From positions 6,944,001-7,008,000 of the forward strand of contig NC_043012.1 in the NCBI RefSeq assembly GCF_006345805.1: a stretch of DNA of 64,000 nt, given 5' to 3'. Below the pieces are notes generated by a model. It worked only from the letters and a program-made list of their open reading frames with translations. It had not been told where the DNA came from and did not search any database. This stretch comes from Octopus sinensis. Its lineage: Eukaryota. The position numbers and the translations under genes were made by a program. Below are positions 53,288-64,000 of this stretch, piece by piece (position 1 is the stretch's first letter; every line of letters starts with the position of its first letter).

Positions 53288-53500
53288 TTTTCTCTAGTTT
53301 CAGCTCAGAGTTGTGGCCATGCTGTTGCACCGCCGTTTTGCTACACTGTTATACCTAAGAGCCTCCTCTAATATGTGACACTTGGTGAAGCATGGAGTTT
53401 GATACAGCTACCCTCACTTGCACCTCTTGCCGTGAGTAGGTTCATCTGGGACTCTCAACAGGAAGAGGTCCAGCTTTGATTTAAAAACCCCTGCATCTAC
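53288..53500 (-). mobile_element. CR1-type LINE 3' end (ORF2 C-terminus plus 3' UTR)
   Basis: VDAGVFKSKLDLFLLRVPDEPT, then after a frameshift RQEVQVRVAVSNSMLHQVSHIRGGS*, then a tail ggcggtgcaacagcatggccacaactctgagctgaaactag. The FK..LD.FL..VPD.P...SNSL motif is typical of CR1-group elements. A 3' tip of the same element is at about 47428-47460 (+). Confidence 0.75.
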
Positions 53501-53517
53501 TAGATAGATAGATAGAC

Positions 53518-53599
<82 letters not shown>

Positions 53600-53944
53600 G
53601 CGCAAGAGCTGTTGTGCAGTAAGTAGCTTGCTTACCAACCACATGGTTCCGTCTTCTACTATAACCCTGGGCCGACCCAAAGCCTTGTGAGTGGATTTGG
53701 TAGACGATAGGTTTCTACATCATTCAGACTACTGTTAAAACAGTGCCTGGTTTTACCAGGGATTTTAACTAAAGACCTCTACCTTCATGGAAGTACCGAC
53801 CATATCCCCTTGAAAAAGATGAATTGTGAACATTATTCTCCTGCCTATATTCTTCTAACTACTTTTACTCGTTATTCTTCTATTTTATTCCTTATAAACT
53901 TTGAATTTTATTCCTTGTTAACTGTAAATCTTCACCGTCTCTTA

Positions 53945-54550
53945 TACCTATTTCTTTATTACCCACAAGGGGCTAAACACAGAGGGGACAAACAAGGACA
54001 TACATAGCTATTAAGTCGATTACATCGACCCCAGTTGCGTAAACTGGTACTAATTTATCGACCCCGAAAGGATGAAAGGCAAAGTCGACCTCGGCGGAAT
54101 TTGAACTCACAACGTAACGCAGACGAAATACTATTTCTTTATTACCCACAAGGGGCTAAACACAGAGGGGACAAACAAGGACAGACATAGGTATTAAGTC
54201 GATTACATCGACCCCACTGCGTAACTGGTACTTAATTTATCGACCTCGAAAGGATGAAAGGCAAAGTCGACCTCGGCGGACGGAATTGAACTCACAACGT
54301 AACGCAGACGAAATAACCTATCTTTTATTACCCACAAGGGGCTAAAACAGAGAGGGGACAAACAAGGACAGACATAGGTATAAGTCGATTACATCGACCC
54401 CAGTGCGTAACTGGTACTAAATTATCGACCTCGAAAGGATGAAAGGCAAAGTCGACCTCCGGCGGAATTTGAACTCACAACGTAACGCAGACGAAATATA
54501 CCGTAAGCATTTCGCCCGGCGTGCTAACGTTTCTGCCAGCTCGCCGCCTT
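53945..54550 (-). mobile_element. SINE family A trimer (one head, three bodies)
   Basis: Three successive body units share private variants (ctcacaacgtaacgcagacg). A possible 8-bp TSD gtctctta is at 53937-53944 and 54551-54558. Confidence 0.9.
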
Positions 54551-54733
54551 GTCTCTTAAACCCAATGCACGGACATACGAATAGAAAATAGGGAAGGATC
54601 TGAAAGTAGATAACGGGTTATAGATTGTTGGGCGTGAGTTTCAATTCCAACTCCGCCTCCATTGAATCTCAAATCATCATACAACATGTAATGATATACT
54701 TTGGGGAGGCTTGTAACATGTGATGTAATAATA

Positions 54734-54765
<32 letters not shown>

Positions 54766-54861
54766 CTATATATATATATATATATATATACATATATAAT
54801 ATATGTATATATATATATATATAATATATATATATATTATTAATACATATATAATATATGT

Positions 54862-54911
<50 letters not shown>

Positions 54912-55393
54912 GTATATATACATATAATATATGTATATATATATATATATATACATATATACATATATATTATATATGTATATATACATATATATATATG
55001 TAATATATATTATATATCATATATATATACATATTTTTTTTTTGACCCCCTTCGGTCAGACACTGACCATGGGTTGCACCTAGAGAGTTACTCCCTGAGG
55101 CATAAGTCTGGGCAAGGTTGTTTTATGGAAGACCAGCAGTCGCCCATGCATACCGGCCTCCACCACCAGTGTTATCCAAGGGAAAGACAAAGGCCGATAC
55201 AGCTTGGCACAGTGACGTCGCAACTCATTTCTTACAAGCTGAGTGAACTGGAGCAACGTGAAATAAAGTGTCTTGCTCAAGAACACAACACGCAGCCCGG
55301 TCCGGGATTCGAGCTCACAACCTCACGATCGTAAGCTCGACGCTCTTACCACTGAGCCACGCGCCATATACATATACATATACACATATATGT

Positions 55394-55437
<44 letters not shown>

Positions 55438-55621
55438 GTATAAATATATATATACATATATATATATATATACACACACAGACATATATATACCTACATA
55501 CACACACACACACACACACACCACATGTTAGTTGGCACGTGGGGATGTTTATTTCTATTTTAGTTGTAGCAAGCTGGTGTTGTTAATGTTATTATGTTAT
55601 TCTAAGGAAGACGGAGAAACA

Positions 55622-55665
<44 letters not shown>

Positions 55666-55939
55666 GGGTGGATCGGGGGGTGGGAGGTGGAGAGAGAGAG
55701 AGAGATCATATTCTAGATTCTCCCTAAATTCAAAATCAACATTTACCATTCGTTGTAGCTCTTTTGGTTACAGCGAGAGAATTTTCGTGGTCGGTGCATC
55801 ACTTGAAGACACAAGAAACGTAGACAAAAACAATGTGTGCGTGGAGGGAGGGAGGGAGGGGGGGTCACTTTGCGAAAAACTGCGAAGAACGGGCGATATC
55901 CATTAAATGCTTCCTCTTGAGAAGAAACAGAGTATCAAA

Positions 55940-55963
55940 ACACAAACATTAATCTATCTATCC

Positions 55964-55996
<33 letters not shown>

Positions 55997-56016
55997 CCAG
56001 TCTATCTATCTATCTG

Positions 56017-56080
<64 letters not shown>

Positions 56081-56104
56081 CCAGTCTATCTATCTATCTG
56101 TCTC

Positions 56105-56135
<31 letters not shown>

Positions 56136-56180
56136 GTCAGTCTATCTATCTATCTATCTATCCATCTATCTATCTACCAG

Positions 56181-56212
<32 letters not shown>

Positions 56213-56230
56213 CTATCTATCTATCTATCA
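55940..56230. repeat. (TATC)n microsatellite with periodic ccag variants
   Basis: Direct reading. Confidence 0.95.
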
Positions 56231-56256
56231 TTCTCTCTCTCTCTACATTCATACAT

Positions 56257-56327
<71 letters not shown>

Positions 56328-56473
56328 TTATTTATTTATTTTTATAGCAGAAGCAACAGAGTGACTCAAAGTCTGAGAGTTTCGTGCATACAAACTCATG
56401 AAACTCTCGGACCTTGAGTCAGTCTCTTCTTCCTATCAAATATTAATAAAAAAATATATATAGGCGCTAGTGA

Positions 56474-57031
56474 GGCTGTGTGGTAAGAAGCTTGCTTCCC
56501 AACTACATGGTACCTGGTTCAGTCCCACTGCGTGGCACTTTGGGCAAGTGTCTTTTACTATAGCCTCGGGCCGACCAAAGCCATTTAATATTTTTCATAT
56601 TCTAAAGGTAATTTAGGGACACGCTGTCTATTACACCTACAGAGAGACAGACATAGACAGATTTGCAGTTTCGTTTATTTTTATTTTTTTTTGTGGAAAA
56701 ATAATTTTAATGTTTCATCCTACACATGGTATCTCATCAATGATATGGTCGCATTAGATACATGCCAATTATTTGTTACACTTCAGTATACAAAAAGCGC
56801 GTCTTATACAATGACATCAACGGTGGACTAGACACGCTGGGATGGCTGTGTGGTAAGAAGTTTGCTTGCCAAACACATGATTCCAGGTTCAGTCACACTG
56901 CTTGATACTTTGGGTAAGTCTCTTTTATTATAGCCTCGGGTCAACCAAAGCCATTTAATATTTTTCATATTCTAAAGGTAATTTAGGGACACGCTGTCTA
57001 TTACACCTACAGAGAGACAGACATAGACAGA
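56474..57031 (+). repeat. Direct duplication, 370-bp offset: truncated family B SINE head plus identical 88-bp tail
   Basis: 56574-56661 is identical to 56944-57031. Confidence 0.93.
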
Positions 57032-57693
57032 CAGAAAGAATAAGGAGAGGCGATAGAACAGGAATGTCTACAGTGATACAGATATATGGATAGACAGACA
57101 TGTACATATATACAACAGCTAACAGCCAGCTGCTTATAGACACAGTTATGAATGTAAAGGGATTGGTAAATTTTCTCTGTAAGGAAAGTTGTGTGTAACG
57201 ATGTAGAAGGGAATTTGGAGGCTCCAAATTTGGCAATGCGCTCCACTCCTTCCAAGCAATGTAAGGTTCCTTCTCACAAAAGAACCCCTTCCATGATATT
57301 AAAATAACGATTATACCTCATGGTGTGCGAATGTGAGAAATTGCTCTTATTCACCTATTTAAGATCACATCAAGGCGATCATCTCCAATCATATACTTTC
57401 TTTCTCCATCTTCTCTCTCTCATACTCACACACATATATGAAGGTGTGTGTGTGCGTGATTGTTTCGTTATATTTATCATCCACCTCCCGTTGCTACCTG
57501 AGCCAAGAGAGGTGGGTGGGGGGCTTTGAGGAGCTAGGATACACGCCACTCTAACGCGCCGCAACTCCAGACAAGTAGAATCGCTATCAAACATTTTAAT
57601 TGGGTATTTTTCCTAAATTAGATGGCAACTGGTTGGTCCCTTTTAATAATTGAAAAACCATGCTGTCGAATAACACTGCGCCCCACCATATAA

Positions 57694-57750
<57 letters not shown>

Positions 57751-57751
<1 letters not shown>

Positions 57752-59022
57752 GAAATCAACCCCTGGACTTATTCTTTGTAAGTCTGCTAGATATTCAATC
57801 GGTTTCTTTTGCTGAACCACTAAGTTACGGGGACGTTTCTCAAGCTATGGTAGAGGTACAAACACAGACATAAATACAAATATATACATACATACATACG
57901 TATATATATATATATATATATACGACAGGCTTCTTTCAGTTTCAGTCTACCAGATCCGTTCACAAAGCTTTGGTCGGTCGTGGAACTGAACCAGGAACCA
58001 CGTAACTGGGGAAGCGAGGTTCTATCAGTTATTTGGCTACGGCTATGGCGGACCACTGCTTTCAAGGGTTTTTTAGTCGAACGAATCGACCCCAAGACTT
58101 ATTTTTTAAGCCTACTTATTCTATCGGGCTCTTTTGCCAGGGACATAGTTAAACGGAGTCTGGACAAATTTCTTCAAGGATACCAAATAAGCCACCCATA
58201 CCTGGATACAGCTCACTCAACAGAACTCACTACTTGAATGGACCATGATACCACAAAACTTGACTTAAAAGGATTTAGATAATCCTATCAGGTGGCGCTA
58301 TTAATTTAGACATGGCTTGAACCAATATTTGGTCGAAACACATCTAAGTTTTATCTAAGTTTAGGTATATATATAATATATATATATATATTATATATAT
58401 ATATATATAAGAAATCAACCCCTGGACTTATTCTTTGTAAGTCTGCTAGATATTCATCGGTTTCTTTTGCTGAACCACTAAGTTACGGGGACGTTTCTCA
58501 AGCTATGGTAGAGGTACAAACACAGACATAAATACAAATATATCATACATACATACGTATATATATATATATAATATATACGACAGGCTTCTTCAGTTTC
58601 AGTCTACCAGATCCGTTCACAAAGCTTTGGTCGGTCGTGGAACTGAACCAGGAACCACGTAACTGGGGAAGCGAGGTTCTATCAGTTATTTGGCTACGGC
58701 TATGGCGGACCACTGCTTTCAAGGGTTTTTTAGTCGAACGAATCGACCCCAAGACTTATTTTTTAAGCCTACTTATTCTATCGGGCTCTTTTGCCAGGGA
58801 CATAGTTAAACGGAGTCTGGACAAATTTCTTCAAGGAATACCAAATAAGCCACCCATACCTGGATACAGCTCACTCAACAAGAACTCACTACTTGAATGG
58901 ACCATGATACCACAAAACTTGACTTTAAAAGGATTTAGATAATCCTATCAGGTGGCGCTATTAATTTAGACATGGCTTGAACCAATATTTGGTCGAAACA
59001 CATCTAAGTTTTATCTAAGTTT

Positions 59023-59065
<43 letters not shown>

Positions 59066-59690
59066 AAATCAACCCCTGGACTTATTCTTTGTAAGTCTGC
59101 TAGATATTCAATCGGTTTCTTTTGCTGAACCACTAAGTTACGGGGACGTTTCTCAAGCTATGGTAGAGGTACAAACACAGACATAAATACAAATATATAC
59201 ATACATACATACGTATATATATATATATATATACGACAGGCTTCTTTCAGTTTCAGTCTACCAGATCCGTTCACAAAGCTTTGGTCGGTCGTGGAACTGA
59301 ACCAGGAACCACGTAACTGGGGAAGCGAGGTTCTATCAGTTATTTGGCTACGGCTATGGCGGACCACTGCTTTCAAGGGTTTTTTAGTCGAACGAATCGA
59401 CCCCAAGACTTATTTTTTAAGCCTACTTATTCTATCGGGCTCTTTTGCCAGGGACATAAGTTAAACGGAGTCTGGACAAATTTCTTCAAGGAATACCAAA
59501 TAAGCCACCCATACCTGGATACAGCTCACTCAACAAGAACTCACTACTTGAATGGACCATGATACCACAAAACTTGACTTTAAAAGGATTTAGATAATCC
59601 TATCAGGTGGCGCTATTAATTTAGACATGGCTTGAACCAATATTTGGTCGAAACACATCTAAGTTTTATCTAAGTTTAGGTATATATATA
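57751..59690 (+). repeat. Tandem triplication of an about 655-660-bp unit bounded by (TA)n
   Basis: Units start agaaatcaacccctgg at about 57751, 58410 and 59063. The marker ctatcaggtggcgct occurs at 58285, 58945 and 59600. Units contain rearranged family B SINE pieces. Confidence 0.95.
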
Positions 59691-59704
59691 TATATATTAT
59701 ATAT

Positions 59705-59736
<32 letters not shown>

Positions 59737-59895
59737 AAGGCAGAGGCACTGGTGTATGGTTAAGGAACACCCCTTGCTATCATGTAATTTCGAGTGTGGC
59801 ACCTTGGGCAAGTATCTTCTATTATAATCCCGGGCCAACCAATGTCTTTTGAGTGAATTTGATAGCCGGAAACTTAAGAAGCCCGTCCTATATAT

Positions 59896-59945
<50 letters not shown>

Positions 59946-61635
59946 ATACTTATGTATGTATGTATGTATGTATATACTTGGAAAAGGATGCTTGGCAAAT
60001 CTAACAGAGTAAATGCTAAGCTTTAAAAAATAAATACTGGGGTCGATTTGTTTGACTGAACCCCTTCAAAGTGTGTCCCAACATGACCGAAGTCAAATGA
60101 CTGAACACAGAACCATTTGGCTGGAAATCAAGCTTCTCACCGCAGAGCCACCTCTGTGCATATACATGTACAGAAAAAGACACATGCATCGCTTTCTACG
60201 CGCATTTCTGTAGATGTACACACACGCGCATACAAGCATCTCTTTTTACACACACAAACATACACACATAGGGCATGTGTGTACGCGCTTGTGTACATGT
60301 GTGCGTGCGTGCATGTGCATGTGTGTGTGTGTGTGAATGAGTGAATGTATGTGTCTGTGTGTGGAGGCTGTATAGTCTGTTTGCTTTAGCAGACATGTAT
60401 GTAAGCAGGAGATAGATGTATTTAAGAAGCTATCAGATTTATGGCAGTAAGCTAATTGCCATGTTTTACGAGGTAACATTAGCAAGAGAGCTGCATGTTT
60501 CTGTCTACCTGTGTCAAATAATAATAATAATAACAACAATAATAATAATAATAATAATAATGATAATAATAATAGACAAAACAGACAAATGGAAAAGTGG
60601 GAAAAAAGCAGGAACACTCATTCTTACCGCCACCGTCTCCATCTTCCCCTGGAACACTTTTTCGGTTGGGTGTGGTGCAAGCGACACCCGTCGCTCCCCG
60701 TCGATAGATTTTAGTGCCAGAAATTTGATAACTGCCATCTTGCCGGAAATTCCTGCTTCATATTGCAAGCAGTATCACAGATCCACCTCCTCCTCCTGCT
60801 ACTACTATTACTACTACTACTGGTCCTAATCATCATCATCACTATCATCATCAACATCATAAGTAGCATCATCATCGTCGTCGTCGTCGTCATCATATTG
60901 TTTGTGAATTTTTGTTTTCTTTCCCAATGTTTCATACACTCCGAGCTGAAATGCAACAAGAATGGTTTCTTGAGATTTGAAACTTCTCGGAGAGAAGTCG
61001 ACCACCAAGACGGTGCCTTGGGCATGTTTGCAAGAGCAATTTGCATTCCATTCAGAATGTTTCCTCTTTGGAAACACCGTTCCTATCGCAACATCAACAC
61101 CTCCATTTTCGTCGTCGCTTCAAGCTATCATCGTTGTCATAATCTTGCCAACATCTTCGATGCTATTGTCGCCATTATCTCATTTTAATTATCATGAATC
61201 ATTAATAATAGAAATGCTAAAAATACAACAAAGTCATAAAAAATGTACATTTTTAGTCTCGAATTTTGTAATCCTGAACGATTGGAAAGAAAATCAAAAC
61301 GTTATGGCTATGGCTATCGCGACAGTGTTACGGGAGTGAAAGACTACATTGTTTAAAGAAGTTTCTTTGTATCTTTTTTTTTTATGAGGAAGACGGTGTG
61401 TGATATGAGGGAGATTTGGTTTCTACTTTTTGCAGGTCGAGCAATGATTTAGTAGCTCCTGCGTTAGTTCGGAATTATTTATCTTCAATTAAGATGTCTG
61501 AATGTCTATTTCAAGATCTTTATACTTGCTCAGTTTTTGGTATGTCTTGACAGATACATTTATATCGATTGGGACAGTCATATCAATGAGGAGGCACGTT
61601 CTTTGTCTGAAGTGTTTCAATATAATGTCTTTATT

Positions 61636-61666
<31 letters not shown>

Positions 61667-62449
61667 ATGCTACTTAATTAAGAGGGGTCACTTCATGCCA
61701 AACATTTTTCCAACCAAACCATCACTGTGCACATTCTTTGTTTATTCAAAAGAAAATATATTATGGAAGAGGAAAAGCTCTCACCACCATCAGCTAAAAT
61801 AATATGAACACAAATGTTTAAAACTACATCAAACACAACGCTCATTATCCAATCCCGTCCTTTAGCTCCTGGACACCTCTCTCCGGGACACTTTCTTAAA
61901 ACATTATCGTGAAAGGCATATATTTACCTTTTCAATTTGCACAATGGGACACGATATTCTCTGCAGCGGGGATTAAGTTTTAATACACACTTTACAGACA
62001 TGCTTTGAGAGAGGGCCCTTAAAAGGTTAACACATGGTGTTAGGTTTAGATTTAAAGCATGTTTTCCCTTTATATATTTATAATTTATATAGGTTTATGT
62101 TACTGACACCCTGATATAACAAACAAGGAGTGTTATTAAGGTTTCATAACGAAAACGTTATTAATTATTTGACGGCGGATTCCGAAGAATTTACCAAATT
62201 TAGTAATGAATTTCTGACTCTTGAATCGTGTACTTCTCGTATCTATAAGGTATTATCTTTTATCTTTCACCTGCTTCAGTCACTGGAGGATAACGATCAT
62301 GTTGGGGCACCACTTCGAAAGGATTTAGCCGAACAGATCACTTTCTCTTCTGTTAATCCCTTTGGACGAACGTGAATGTTAACAAACCAACACCGTTGGT
62401 CAGACGGTGGCGCGATCACAAATATGGGCATCGAGACAGACATACGCAG

Positions 62450-62488
<39 letters not shown>

Positions 62489-62509
62489 ACACACACACAC
62501 ACACCACAC

Positions 62510-62598
<89 letters not shown>

Positions 62599-62828
62599 AG
62601 GCGGCGAGCTGGCAGAAACGTTACAATGCCGGGCGAAATGTGTAGCCGTATTTCGTCTGCCGTTACGTTGTGAGTTCAGACCCGCCGAGGTCGACTTTGC
62701 ATTTCATCCTTTCGGGGTCGATAAATTAAGTACCAGTTACGCACTGGGGTCGTTTTAATCGACTTAATCCCTTTGTCTGTCCTTGTTTGTCCCCTCTATG
62801 TTTAGCCCCTTGTGGGCAATAAAGAAAT
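62599..62828 (+). mobile_element. SINE family A monomer
   Basis: aaggcggcgagctggcagaaacg ... gtgggcaataaagaaata. Confidence 0.9.
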
Positions 62829-64000
62829 ATTATATTTATTCATATATATACAATATATATATACACACACACACACACATATATATATATATGCAACTTT
62901 CTCTCACTCTTTCTTCCTACTTCTGCCACAAAGCAGAGCAACCATGGTGTAACTCATTATGGTGTGGTAAACTTTCAGACCCTAGCGAATCCTCTGTACC
63001 CCAGGATGGTTCAGCTCTCCACCTGTTAAAGGCCACCGTTTACGGAATGAGAATAACAACGTAGATTTCGCACCTGTGCAACCGCCAGTCTATCGCGTGT
63101 GGTGGGTGGATCTTCAAGTTGCCACACGCATTCTTAGTAGCTTAGAGTAGGCTCGAATTAGAGATTATTCTTTGTGGCTAATGGCGTGAGTCCTGATTGG
63201 AAGAAGAAGAAGAAGAAGAAGAAGAAGAAGAGCTGTAAGTTGCGCATTAATTCACCATAAATGTGCTATTTCTTCTAGATTTGTGTGCATGCAGCCATGT
63301 ATGTATGTATGCACATATGTCATATTCATTAACATTATTTTATCGTCTCTCGTGGAATAAAATATCTCTTAAATTTATCCTAATCGTTGCTGGCAAACGC
63401 TCACGATATCTAACACACTTTCCCGCTTTCATTCTATAATGATAGATAAATATGGAGGCAGTTTCATTTCTGTTTCCATGTCAAGTCTATTTTATGTATT
63501 AATGCACTGAAGTCACAGCATACAGAATTAATAGTGTTACGCGTTAGGAAATAACTTTAAATTTATAAGGTAGCGGATACTGTTACCTGTCTAACGTGAA
63601 AATATTAGCCATTTCCTGGGTTTATACATTGAATTTCATACATAAAATTATCATTGATATAATGAATTGGTAATCGTTTACTTTTTATGTTTAATAATTG
63701 ATGTTTATAGCCCTGCCTTGGTAAGAGCTGTGTCGACCACCATACCTGCTTAAAGGGCAATTTCTTTGTGTTTATCTGTGTGCGCGTGTGTGTTCGTGTA
63801 TATGATGTATACAGTTGCACCGCCGCTTTCTCCGCTGACTAATAACCCATTTATCTCGTTTAATCTGGACAGCATCAATAAGCGCTGATTTGAATTTCCC
63901 GCATCCCGCCGCCATGCCTAAGGTCACCGATTGGTCGCGTAGACTACAGACAAAACAAAAATAGATGGACAGACAGACAGATGGACATACAGAAAGACAG

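Noticed and set aside
58285-58299. CTCF-like motif ctatcaggtggcgct (x3 in the tandem array) and tagcgcccctagtggca at about 44556-44572
   Set aside because: The first mismatches a highly conserved C of the core and the second is one G short. Without ChIP data, motif-only calls are unsupported.
60628-60790. Possible minus-strand exon ending at a GCG|GTAAGA donor; also the ATG|GTGAGT donor at about 52098
   Set aside because: No convincing acceptor, no recognisable protein similarity, and flanking frames are closed by triplet-repeat stops. RNA-seq would be needed.

Overview
This is repeat-saturated, non-coding eukaryotic DNA with very long (TA)n, (CA)n, (TAA)n, (TAGA)n and (CATC)n microsatellites and a 100-N gap at 40529-40628. 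The repeat families suggest an octopod cephalopod, which is my inference and not a database result. I found no host protein-coding exon I can support; nearly all ORFs in the track are microsatellite translations. Recognisable content: at least five tRNA-derived SINE families, a decayed DD37D (maT) transposon, an internally deleted mariner, a mariner-derived MITE (2 copies), two RTE LINE fragments, a CR1-type LINE 3' end, and R4/Dong fragments whose 3' ends sit inside (TAA)n. The main hunt result is a set of short non-coding islands embedded in (TA)n that carry type I hammerhead ribozymes. Two have fully canonical cores (5971-6068 +, 50255-50331 -), one differs by a single core base (8187-8233 +), and several fold-back palindromes contain degenerate or half hammerheads. 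These look like Penelope-like or retrozyme-type elements. Other oddities are SINE multimers with a fixed junction inside a single TSD, a SINE/LINE shared tail, and recent tandem duplications. Coordinates were counted by hand and repeat boundaries are approximate.
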